64,000 nt of DNA from Octopus sinensis. Lineage: Eukaryota. Location of the stretch: positions 1 to 64,000 of the forward strand of contig NW_021832231.1 of NCBI RefSeq assembly GCF_006345805.1, given 5' to 3'. The notes beneath the pieces were generated by a model. The model saw only the letters and a program-made list of their open reading frames with translations, was not told the origin of the DNA and did no database searches. Below, in pieces: positions 1 to 11,634 of the stretch (position 1 is the stretch's first letter; each line of letters begins with the position of its first letter). The translations under genes were made by a program, and so were the position numbers.

Positions 1-783
1 CAGAATGAGTGCACTAACTTAGACAGTCAGCCAATCTCCTAATCTTCTGCTCATATTTCTCTTTGAGCATGTCCGAATGGTCCTGCAGTTCGAAAGAGTG
101 GGCAGATCTCATCGACTCGACTTCGTTGGCATGGTTGAGTTTGAGACGTTCGTTGATTTGGACCAACTCGATTATCCTCTCTCGATATTGCACAAGCAGG
201 AACTCCATCTTCTACCATAACTAGTCGAGTCACCTCGTAGTTCGACGGGAGGTCCTTCTCCAGGGAGTCGTCCACCACAGAACGGTTCGTCTGAACATGT
301 AAACACACCCAACCGTCAATTTGTTAAAATCCAATTCTAATTTCTCCTGTTTTTTGACAGCCTGGCTGAGTGAGAGTTCCTGGGAGCTGACTTGCTTGCT
401 GAGTAATGCAATCTGAGCAAGTAGTTAATAGACCAACGTCATTCTTGAGGGACTCGTTCAAATGACAATACAAGACTGAGTCCTCCAACAATGGACTGAT
501 GCAACTAATGTGTCGACTCAACTCCGCCAGCTCGAAATACCCAATAATTGACAACCTTGTGAGGAAGAGTGTCCAGGATTGTTGGGTCAATGTTTATAGT
601 CTCCTCCTCAGTCCCTTCCAACTCCTAGAATATGCACTCGCTGTATTTACTTGGCCTTTGTCGCCTAACGCATCACGGACTATGAATATGAGTTGGTCGA
701 ATACCGGTTACGGCCACGTCGACTGCCTCCCTCAGACATGCCAACAGACTGGTGAATTGACTGTATTTGATTGGAGTCGACAT
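1..783 (-). CDS. Rabaptin/RABEP-like coiled-coil protein, 5' part (duplicate copy, cut by window edge)
   Basis: Near-identical to 33433-34216. ATG at 783; several 22-26-nt GT-AG introns restore one frame (MSTPIKYSQF...). Confidence 0.5.
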
Positions 784-999
784 TCACCACAAAAGATATC
801 ACACTATTTTAATAATTAAATCCCTTTTATATAAAGACAAACATCAATAAATAGTGTGCTAAAAATGCATACTGGAAAAATAAAATCAAACGGCAGTCGG
901 GGAAGTTTTGCTTAATGTTCTACGGCAGTGCCCCCTCAAAACAACTTAACACAAAAGAGGACAAATACAAAAAAGGACACAATAAAGATTAAAAACAAA

Positions 1000-1821
1000 T
1001 CAGGCAGTTCTGCGACTGAGACTAACATCGACACTACAAATGTGGATAAATAACAACCTCTCCAACAACGCCTCCCTCAAACCATCGTCGGCCCCCCCGG
1101 CGAACATGAAGGCAGTCGTCTGCAATTGGAGAACTCGCTCGATCTGTCCAATCTCGGTGGGGGTGGTCGACAGTCCACAAAAGGCAGAAAAGTCATTGGC
1201 CACCAGTCCAGCCCCCACAGCCAACTTTCCACGATTGACAGTGCCCCCCATCAGAGGGATTTGGAGGAGGGAAGACAGTTCATCCAACTCCTCAACCTTG
1301 GAGGAGGCGTGAATCTAAACACAGTCAGAAGAGCAGCCAACAATTCCCCCCTTGTTTGAGAGCACGGAATATGTGCCCACCAACAGTTCATCAGCAAGAC
1401 ACGTGCGGAAGATCTCCACGCCCAACACGTCGGAAATGACCTCCTCTGTTTCTCTAGACAAGTCTGGGTGTGCTATTGCCACGTGGTCATTGCAGGAGAT
1501 GACATTCCCCAGGGCGGATAGTCGTTCGTCCACGCGGGTCACCACCACGCAGTCAGGCAGGGAATTCCGGAAGTGCTGAATTTCGGTGTCGTAGGTGGCG
1601 GGGGGGAGTACAAGACCTCGCCGGTTGCCCACTGCCAGTCTCCCGACAATCCGACACTCGCCAATGGAGGAGTGGACGACTGGCATGCACCCACTCAGCT
1701 CGGATTCGAACTTGCTGTAGAAATTTTGAGAGGACCCGACTCCCACGAGACAGTACGAGTTGGTTAGCAGAGAAAAGACTCCAATGTTGCAATTGCCTTC
1801 AATGTTCACTCGATGAGCCAT
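1000..1821 (-). CDS. EIF6: Eukaryotic translation initiation factor 6 (copy 1)
   Basis: [26 protein letters not shown]...[14 protein letters not shown]...[18 protein letters not shown]...GTVNRG. A 27-nt GT-AG intron joins ORFs 1315-1833 and 1000-1287; a further short intron near the 3' end is possible. Confidence 0.95.
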
Positions 1822-1927
1822 TACTACAAGCACACGAATATATCACGCTACAAATTATTTAATTAATTTAAAAATCAACGAGGCTAATTTAGGAGGTTTA
1901 TGTGTGGGTTGTATTAAGTAGTGTGCA

Positions 1928-4033
1928 ATGTATGGACTGAGTGTTTGGACGAGGATGGGCAATAAAGGCCGATTGTGGAATGTACTCACTCACCAGCAGA
2001 CTGTCTCCTTCAGTAGGAGGACACCCTCCCAGATAAACCTGCTGTACATAGTGCGCAAACTGGTGCCCTATGTGTGGCCGAAAGAAAGAGCAATGCGGGC
2101 GAGGGTGGTGGGGGCTGTCGGGTGTCTGCTGGCGGCCAAAGTAGTGCAGAATATAATGGCAGATCACCACCATTCAGACCCCCTTCATTTTCAAATTGGT
2201 GGTCGACCGACTCAACGACCAGAACATTGCCACCGTCTGCACATTGACTGTGGCCGGCCTCGTCGTGCTGTGTTAGTCCCCCTCCTGACTGGCAGATGGC
2301 CTCACGCGAGTGTGCACGCAGGTCTTCTCCGACCTCCGCCTGGCCATATTCTCGAAAGTGGCCCTCAAGGCCATCAAGACAGTGAACGAGAAGGTGTTCC
2401 GTCACCTGATGTACCTGGACATGTCCTACCACGCCAATAAGCAGACGGGGGCTGTTTCCCGAGTCATCCAACGGGGCTCCGGGTCACCCTCGTTTGATAA
2501 TTGTAGAGCCATCCAAGTCATTTTGACACACGTCGTGTTCAACATGTTCCCTCTCCTCCTCGAAACGTGCATTGTGGCCGGCATTCTGGTTGGGACTTGG
2601 TCTAATCCAGAAATACAAATGTGGGACACTCACTGCTATCGCCAGCGTCTCCTGCATTGCCTCCTACTTTGTCTTCACTCTCGCAGTCACTCAGTGGCGG
2701 TGCCCCTCCTCTCTCATTCACAGTCTCCAGTTTAGAAAGAAAATGAACGAGTCGGAGACTGAGGCGGGGAACAAAGTGGTGGAGTGTCTCCTCAATATCG
2801 AGACCATCAAGGTGACTCCCCTCATGACGGCAGTACTTCTCCAACGAGGAACTGGAGACGGCCTCCTATGGCAAAACATTGAGCAAATTCCAGGACTCCT
2901 CAGTCAAGACGTGGTGGAGTCTGGCATTGCTCAACTGCGGACAGAACTTGATCATCACGTCGGGAATGACTGCCATCATGCTCCTCAGTCTCACTCAAGT
3001 CGAGCAGGGTCAGCTTTGTCCCTCACTGCAGGACTCCTCACCATCGGGGATATTGTTATGATCAATGGACTCCTCTTCCAACTCTCCATGCCTCTCAATT
3101 TCCTGGGGACTGTCTACCGTGACCTCAAACAGGCCACCATCGACTTGGAGGCACTCTTCGCCCTCCTTTCGATGCAGTCAGTCATTCGGGTGGCCACTCC
3201 CTCACATCCGTAGAATTCCCCCTCTGCACGCGAACTGATCCTTCGGGACTCGTCCATTTCCTTCGAGGACGTCCACTTTGCCTACGACAGTTCGACCGAT
3301 GTGTTCAGAGGACTGTCCTTCCACATTCCCGGGGGCACATCTGCGGCCATCGTCGGGGGGAGTGGCTGTGGGTGACACTCCTCCTCTCATTCACAGCAAG
3401 TCCACCGTCGCCAAACTGCTGTGTCGACTGTACGACCCAGTGGGGGGGAGGGTCACCATCGACGGACAGGACATCCGCTCGGTCACCCTTCACAGTCTGC
3501 GCACTCAAATGTCGGTCATCCCTCAGGACTGCACACTCTTCAATGACTCCATCCGCAACAACATCCTCTACGGAGACCCATTCGGCAGTCAGGAGGCCCT
3601 CACCGAGGCAGCCAGACTCGCCGAGATTGATCGACTGGTCGAGAGTCTCCCCCACAAGTACGAGACTGTCGTGGGGGAACGTGGCATGAAGCTTTCTGGG
3701 GGGGAAAAACAGCGGATAGCGATTGCGCGTGCCCTGGTGGGACAGCCGAGGATTGTGGTGTGCGACGAGGCCACGTCCAGTCTGGATTCCCTGACAGAGC
3801 AGGTGTGGGGGCGTCTAACTGTGCAGAGCATTGCCAGGTCGTTGAGGGTGGCCACGGCGGGGCGGACAACTCTGGTGATTGCCCATCGACTGTCCACCAT
3901 TATGCATGTCGACCGGATATTCGTCATCTCGGAGGGGAGGGTGTGTGAGCAGGGCACTCACTGGCAACTCATCTCCAATCCCCACAGTTTATATCGAAGA
4001 CTGTGGACCATTCAGAGTGAGTCCGCTACATAG
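1928..4033 (+). CDS. ABCB7: Mitochondrial ABC half-transporter ABCB7/Atm1 (copy 1)
   Basis: YVWPK...RARV; [20 protein letters not shown]; Walker A GGSGCGKST after splicing 3372-3396; signature [13 protein letters not shown]; Walker [12 protein letters not shown]; H-loop IAHRLST. About 10 introns of 22-25 nt. Confidence 0.95.
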
Positions 4034-4097
4034 CTGTTGTTATGATTTATGCACTTTTTTAACAATATTCATTTGTAATAAGAGGGCAGTATATAGA

Positions 4098-5847
4098 ATG
4101 AATTGTATATTAACTATTTGCATTATTTTGATGGACAAAATAATAAAAGAATTACACGTATTGCTGGTTTATGATTCTCCCCGTCTGTGTGTTTATAAAC
4201 TGTATTCCCCAAATATTGGACAATAGACCTAACGGCTAATTGGGAGGCCGAGTCCAATTACATGAAAGGACTTGAATTATTCGCATCGTCCGAATACAGC
4301 AAAGCCATAAACTCGTTCAACAAGGCAATTGGTATGACTAGGAGTGTCCTACCCAGCAGAGTTGGATCCCGCCAATTCGACTTATTTGTTCCGCAGAATG
4401 ATTACTTTCCGAGCCACAAAGCAGCACAAGTCAATGATGAGGGACTTGGATGACCTCCTCTTTATAAATCCTCACCAGAAAACAGTTGTGATTGTTAACC
4501 AGCCAGGCATTAACATACCGAGCTGATCTCCTCACCAAAAAGTGCAATCTGGAAGAGGCGAGGAAGGACTATCAAACACTCGTTCCCATTCCTCTGACCA
4601 TGTAGTAGAAGTCTCTGGGGGAGTCAGTGGATGACCGTATTGCCCTCATTGGCCAACTGGAGGAGGCAGTGAATGGTTCTCTCAAGGCTGCTGCCAAGAA
4701 TGATCACAACTCAGTCATTGACAAACTGGGATTTGTTCTCAAGGCAGTTCCTTGTTGATTACCTTAGAATTGTCTTTACTCGGTCGTGCTCTACCAAGTG
4801 AGGGCTGCCAGTTACATTGCGAGGGGAGACTTTGAGAGGGCAGTGTCCGATTATCGACAGGTCGTGGTGCTCAAGCCTCAGGACATGGAGGCAGTACTCC
4901 GATTGTCCTTCCTGATTTATGAAAGCGGGGATTGGGAGGACTCTCTCCAGTAATTGCTATTATCTAGGAGACAGGGTTATTCGGGGTTGTCTTCGAACAG
5001 ACCCCGACAATCGGGATTGCATGAGACACTACAAAATAGTCAACAAACTCAACAAGATGTGGGGGACCATCGAGGGGGCCAAATCTCAGTCTGATTGGGG
5101 CAAGTGCATTGATGTGGCCCACACGATCACACTCCCCACCTACAACCAGGCAGTGGCATTCCAGGCCAGTCAAGTCCTTTGTTTGTGTCAGTCCAAAGTA
5201 GTCCATCACATGTCACGTAGAATGCCCAAACTGCCCAACAAGCAGTGGCCAGTTGTTCGTCAGTCTTGGAAATTGATTCAGGCTTGGTTGGGACACTCTT
5301 CAGTCGAGGGGAGGCACATCTCCTGTTGGGGAACTTTGATAAAGGTGCAGTGTGTGTTGACATGCAGCCGAGAGTGATTTCCGAGCAGTGTCGGACAAAC
5401 ATCCAAACTACGAGGGAGTGCGGGAGGCCCTTCAGAGGTGTCAGAAGATGAGGAAGCAGGCCTCTAAACGGGATTATTACAAGATTCTCGAATTGCCCAG
5501 GTCTTCAAGTCTGTGTGATGTGGCAGGAGTGCTTCGAAGGGTGACATTGTCAAGTCCTACCGTCGACTGGCCAAGATCTGGCACCCTGACAGGCATTCAG
5601 GGGACGATAAAACAGTGGCGGAGGCAAAGTTCAAGGATATTGCGGACGCGAAGGAGGTGTTGAGTAATCCGGGTTAGCCATGCTCGATTGAGGCGCAGAT
5701 ATGCGTAGGAAGTACGACAGTGGGACTGACCCTCTCGCCGAAGAAGAAGGTTCTTCCGGCTTTGAGGGATTCCACGGTGGGTTTCCCGGGGGATTCAAAT
5801 TTAATTTCCACAATGGTGGTGGAAATGATTTTTTCTTCAACTTTTGA
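4098..5847 (+). CDS. DNAJC3: DnaJ homolog subfamily C member 3 (P58IPK): TPR repeats plus C-terminal J domain (copy 1)
   Basis: TPR segments (CLRTDPDNRDCMRHYKIVNKLNK); KRDYYKILE; HPD motif (KIWHPDRH); G/F-rich tail ending FFNF*. Many 21-26-nt introns. Start codon uncertain. Confidence 0.85.
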
Positions 5848-5924
5848 GGGCGGATTAGAGTGGCTATTCGGATGTTTTATTAGTATAGTTAAGATTTACC
5901 AAATTTACATATCACAACTGTCAT

Positions 5925-6959
5925 TTAAAAATATTTCGCTTGTTTGAACGTATTTGGGCTAATCCCCCCCACGTCATGGTTAATTATATTCTCTTTACAC
6001 TCCTCATATCCCTCCCTCGGCTGTCGCTGTGCCTCCAAAATCTTAATTTTTTGATCTTTGTACACTTCGTAATCGGGGATCACGTTTATTTGGTGTGACT
6101 GACACAGAGGATTATAAGAGTTGGGTGTCCTCTGTTCGTGGTCGGGGATCACGTTTATCCACTGTGACAGAGTATTGAAGGATTTTGCTTCCTGTTCCAT
6201 GTAATATGTATTGTGGTAACTGAAGAGTCAGACTGAGTGATTACCAAGGACTAAAGTCGTCATTCACCCCAAGGTAGTACTCATTTCCGCATGTTTGTGC
6301 ATTGTCCTCCCCGTAGTAGTCCTGGGGGAGTACATCAGAGAACAAGTCAGGCCTGTAATCACCCTCGCGACCATCCTCTCTGAAGGAATAGTCGGGACCA
6401 CCCGCGTAGACGAATGACTGCTCCACCAATTTGGGACGACTAATTCTGAAAGAATGAAATATAATAATACCCTTTACGCTCATTCGTCCTCTTCCTCTGT
6501 CTTTTGTTCTTGAACCAATTGGAGACCTGCGACTCGGTCATCCCCATCGCCTTGGCCATTTCCTCCTTCTCGTCCGTGGATGCAAATTCGTTATTTCGGA
6601 AAAAGGCCTCGAGGAAATTCCTTGATTTCTGTGGCAAGTTGTACGACAACTTTTCCCCATTCCACACAGTCCGGGGTGGGGGGTACTTTTTTCTCAGTCT
6701 GAATTTTGCCACAGCCTTCAACTCTTTTCCGTGTGACCGGAGTTCTTGGTAGAACGATTCGTACCACAGTTTTTGCAGCTTATTCCAAATGTGGCAGGGA
6801 AATGTATTAGTGCTCAAGTAAGTTCGGATTTGACTGAATTGTTTTCGCGGAATAACTTGTCGATCACCTCAAATGGTACAAATCTTCGCGGTTGCTGAAA
6901 TGGGAGTAGTTACTGCACACTCGGCAGTCCATGTAAGGCATGTTGTGTGGACAGAACAT
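5925..6959 (-). pseudogene. SIX-class homeobox gene, copy 1, with two 1-nt deletions in exon 1 (pseudogene or consensus error)
   Basis: Same as 39358-40394 but missing a T near 6840 and a G near 6873, which breaks the frame upstream of the homeodomain. Confidence 0.7.
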
Positions 6960-7659
6960 TCCTCAAGCATCTCCGAATGATTTATATAGTCCTACGACGT
7001 GCGGATGACGAAGCCTGTTATCCGGATTGTCTAGTCATTGATATTCGAGAGTAACATTAGATAATTTTATTTCTCACTCGGGTCACATTCACTGCTATAC
7101 CTCTCCGTCGGGCTGATGTGCTAAGTTACTCATGCTTAGAAAACTAATCCGTGACTTGTCAATTTTTAGGTGGGATAACTTGTCAGGGAATGACGCATAT
7201 AAGAAAACTCTTATCTACGTTGGGTCTCCAAATTACGCCAAACGAGTTGATATTCTGAAATTCCAAAATAATGTAAGTATCGCACACAAAATAACAAAAA
7301 TTGACCAAGAAATTCTGACAACTAAAAACAGGGTTGTTTGTTTTAGTGCACAGTAATAATTATTATAAATTTAAATTTTATACTTATCAATTATATCTAT
7401 CTTACAAAAGTATAAGAAAATTTACATTACTTTTATTTTTTTATATTTAATGATAATTGTTGAATCAGGACAGAGGACTCGAGATTCCGGTTCCCACTTC
7501 TTCTCAGAAGTACTAAGATACCATTTTGTGTAAGTCTTTTACAGATCTCTAGAATTTTTTTAACCAAACTTACTTGTTTAAGGAGTGATTCGCAGTCACA
7601 ATTTGAAGCATTGATTAATGCTTGCTTACTTCTGTCGGTTAGTTGAAAACTTGATAACG

Positions 7660-7950
7660 ACAGTTTAGGTGTTGGTATATGCCTACATCTATATGTTTGA
7701 AAATATGCTCTTGATATTAGATCACGTATGAAGAAATCAATTATGACTGTTATAAACGTTTATGCGACCCACGCGCAAAGATTATCGACTTGTATGAATA
7801 AGCTTGATGATTTCTATACGAAAAATATATAATCAAATTGATAATATTTTGTGCAAGCAGTCGCAGAAGCGATTATTAGGCAACTCCCGTTTGTATGGAG
7901 GAGCCTTGACAAACAACGATCATAGGATCTTACTCTGCAGATTAAATCTG
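7660..7950 (+). mobile_element. Degraded APE endonuclease fragment of a LINE (RTE/CR1-like)
   Basis: GVGIC...TVINVYATH...LDDFY with in-frame stops. Confidence 0.45.
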
Positions 7951-8059
7951 AGAGACTTTACGGAATTTTACATGGAAATCATGCACAGGGTAGACAAACG
8001 CAAAAATCAATAATTAATGTCAATACTGCTTATTGCATTGTCAAAATTGTTAAAAAAAT

Positions 8060-8280
8060 CTAGCTATTATGTACTGGCTCGCAGGATTGAAAGACAATTT
8101 CCGCGTAAAACAGCCAGCGAGATCCTCTGAATAAGGAATATAAATTCCCTGGGATCTCTGGAGCGGTAGGTGCACAGGCGGCCAAGTTTCTTAAGATGAG
8201 CAAGCGTCTTGGCCCCAAAAACACAGGAAGTCTCGACGGCAATTGTCCAAAAGCGAAATCGATCGCGTAAATCCTCGAAT
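8060..8280 (-). mobile_element. CRE-like RLE retrotransposon, 3' fragment
   Basis: Encodes IAVETS.FG...ISLAVLRGNC-like C-terminus; homologous to 20160-20370. Confidence 0.75.
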
Positions 8281-8289
8281 TAATTACAA

Positions 8290-9010
8290 TAAAATTACAC
8301 GTTACAATGGTTTTTTGGATTATCTAAAGAAATGCTTTATAAAATTAAGATTTATAAAGATTCCACCTGTTTAGACAAAGAACTGGCAAAGAAAGAACGC
8401 TTTCTCGTCAGAAGTTTCTTGAATATCAGAAGAAGTTTTGACGGAGAAAAAGCTTTTATTTTTTAAAAGGGAAACTTTTGAGGTTCTTTGCAACTGACGA
8501 AGCTGAATTAAAGATGGAAACTATTGAGGTAAACTTATTGATTAAAATTTTAAGGCTGAGCACAATTCTAACTATTTTGGTAGAGATAAGCTTTTTATTT
8601 CATTAGCATCTAAACTATATGGAATAGAAACACCAGAAGTTGTAAAGTTATCGGACAGTGTACTTTTTGACAGGCAAGTTAAGTCATTTAATTTGTATTC
8701 TAAACTGTTAATAGCATCTAAACTTCTAATTACACCTATAATTGATTACAAAGTCATTGAAAATCTTAAAAAGCGGGCGAAAAAATTACCAGAAGATGGA
8801 AATTTGATGAAGAAGACATCATTGTGGAAGAGTCAGCGAGATTAAGAAACGACATCGATGCAAATAGAAGAAAGTTCCTATTATATGACGGAATATCTGC
8901 AAAAACATGTACAGTCTTAGAAATAATGGTCATTTCTATTCTATCAAAAATGAGGAAACTCGGGAAGAACTCACAAATATACACATATCAAGATTATCTA
9001 AATCAATAAT
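8290..9010 (+). mobile_element. Ginger-like transposase remnant (N-terminus/H2C2 fused to C-terminus)
   Basis: AEHNSNYFGRDKLF...LYGI (degenerate H2C2 region) after a 26-nt intron at 8529-8554. RLRNDIDANRRKFLLYD matches the C-termini at 12297 and 25159. Confidence 0.55.
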
Positions 9011-9617
9011 AATCAATGAAAAGATAGAATTATGTTTATGGTGGATATGTAGCCTGGCGGATTGCCAAACTGTTTCCCCGGATAATGGCAATCGAGAGCC
9101 GTTGCATTAGCCAGTTCGCCTCCCGAGGATCATGGGTGCAGATTATCTAAATTAAAAATAAATTATTAGTTTGCGTTGTATAAGTGGGATATTGGTATCT
9201 CATCGAGGAAAAAGTAAAATAGAGTTTAAAAAAAAACGTATATTTTAGCGTACAATTTTAATTAAAGAAAAAATTAAAAAAGTTTTTTTGGGTTCCGTCT
9301 CCGGGGTGGTTCCGCCTCTTACCTTTGATAATTAATTTAAAATAATTAAATCTATAATATTTGATTTTGTGATAAATCAACACTTCCAATGTCGGTTCTC
9401 GACAATCAATCAAAAATTTCTTATAGCTTGAGAAGGGATAGGGTTTGGTGCTCCTGTTTATGTGGTATAGTTTTTATGTGACAAAAAGGACACTGCTCGA
9501 TTAAAAGGAGATTTTTAAAAACTTATTTCTAATAAATTAAGACAAATTGCCGTTTCAGTGGCAGGGAGAGACCAAACGAGTTCTGAGAATGCCTCTCTTT
9601 TAATAATCAATGATTGA

Positions 9618-10375
9618 ATGAAGCAAAAAAGAAAGAAAATGCATAGAGTCGTTAAAGAACGTCAAATAGACTCTAATAACCTTAAAATGACTGTCCATCG
9701 GTTACAAAGTAAGGTTAATCAAATTAAAGAACAAAAAACGTGTCTCGTGAATCAAATGTGGGCTCAAATGGATTTTCATGAGCAGCTTACTCATAAATTG
9801 GAAAGTTTATTGGAAGGAAAGTTTACTCAGTCCAAAAAATTAGATAGAAAGTCAATTTATGAGTCAAACAGCCGTTTAAATCCTGAGAAGGATGAAATTA
9901 GTGAGTGTGTTAATTCTCTACAACAGCAAAATATGGTTTTTTAATCTCATTTAAAAGCAGTTAACTAATAGCAAGTTCAGGATGCTCAAGTCCACTGTGA
10001 TGTCCGGTTCTTGTGGGAAAAAATGACACCCTCAAGGCACAATTACATTTGACTGAGGTGTATTTCAGCACCACAATGTTCTAATGCCCTCAGCTGAAAT
10101 GTACAAATGACGAATTTTACTGCAAGATTAGAGAATTGGATTTATTAAGATCCCTTAACGCTGAACTTGAAAACAATATATATTTTCTAAATTTTCAAAA
10201 TTCGGAATATCTCTCTGTAATATCTCGACTCGAACAAGTGAATGTGGATAATTTAAGCGAGTTACATTCAAAAGAGTTTTATGAGGTGGAAGATGTTTTT
10301 TCTCACAATGAACCTGCAGAGAAGACAGAGAGAGCTCAAAAAACGCGAAAGTTTAAAATTATATCGAATTCTTAA
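9618..10375 (+). CDS. Hypothetical coiled-coil protein (spliced; 5' end uncertain)
   Basis: Heptad-rich ORFs 9618-9944 and 10136-10375 can be joined by short GT-AG introns. No family recognised. Confidence 0.35.
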
Positions 10376-10518
10376 ACTTTGTAAAATAATATATTTGAAT
10401 TAGATTGTTCATTTTCGAGTAATTTTTTTAATTTCCATAAAATTGTTTATTCCTGAATTATTTATTGTTCATTGACCATAAATACTTGTTATTTAAACGC
10501 CTTTACAATTATTTGAAA

Positions 10519-11110
10519 ATGATTTTTACTCCTGTATTATTACTTTGGTCATTCGGCCGAATGTCAGTTCCCAGTATTATTATAAATACATCATAAAATT
10601 AATAGAATGTTTTAATTCTACATGCTATACATATGTATCAACAGAAAAAACATATTTTCAAGCAAAAACGTATTGCAAACAAAAAGGAGGCATCATTGCC
10701 GTAAGTGACAGTTTAAAGAAGGATGAATTTTTAAGTAGATACATTTCTAAATAATATTTGCAGATAAGATACGTCAAAGTTATGGAAATAATGACATTTT
10801 TATTGGTTATGATAATATACAAAATCATGATGTTTATATCAATTCTTATGAAACAACTCAAGTTATGTTTATAAAATTTTTTTTCGGGTCTTCTACAGTT
10901 GGAGAGATCAAACAAATTACAATATTAAGAACTGCGTAATTAAAGAGGGTATTTATGGATCGTGGGCGACCGAGTACTGTTCTACTAAGCATCAATTTAT
11001 TTGTGAATTTAAAGGTTAATTATAATTTTTTCTTATTGAAAGATCATACAACATATGTGGGAACCCCATTAGATGCCTCATATTCAAAAAACTTTATGAA
11101 GTGTAGTTAA
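10519..11110 (+). CDS. Secreted single-domain C-type lectin-like protein
   Basis: Signal peptide MIFTPVLLLWSFG; CFNSTCYTYV...TYFQAKTYCKQKGG; IFIGYD; NCV...GSWATEYCSTKHQFICEFK. Four short introns. Confidence 0.75.
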
Positions 11111-11634
11111 AGCAAACTAATTACGCATTAACCAATCTTTCACTAATAAACGATTCAATCGAGTTAATTGAGCTAATGTCAGTCATAAATCTATTTTTCA
11201 ACCCAATCTCTTGCAATATCATTATAAAATAAGATCAGATGTTTTTTGAAGCACAGTTGTATCTTAAAGACTCGGTTCAATTTGACGAAATGAATATTTT
11301 TTATAAAAATGAAAATTTCCATACAATTAATTAACTAAACAATCATCATTTGTTTCAATTTTTCCTATTGAAAGATCAGCTAATTGAGTTTGCTCTCGGC
11401 ATCAACATTGTCCGTTTGTGGAGGAAGTCACACGCGCAGATCCGAGAATATAAATTAATAATTCTTTTCCCCGACTTAACGTCCATCTTTCTGGCTCGAT
11501 TCTATTTTAGGTAAAAATTCAAGAATACTTGTGGTTTCCAACCTTAAAGTGTTTTCAGAACTTTTTCAGGTTAATTTTTTTCCTCGGAACTTTTCCAGTT
11601 AAGTTATTAAAATTTTCATTTAAAACATAATTAT

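Larger units (their letters stand above)
1..7312 (+). repeat. Direct segmental duplication of 33433-40753 (at least 7.3 kb, offset about 33433)
   Basis: All ORF-track translations between 324 and 6752 recur identically at +33433. Similarity ends at ttgaccaagaaa (7312/40753). Confidence 0.97.

Noticed and set aside
9060-9100. ncRNA hairpin (GATTGCCA...TGGCAATC)
   Set aside because: A single 8-bp inverted repeat beside a transposon remnant; not enough to support a feature.
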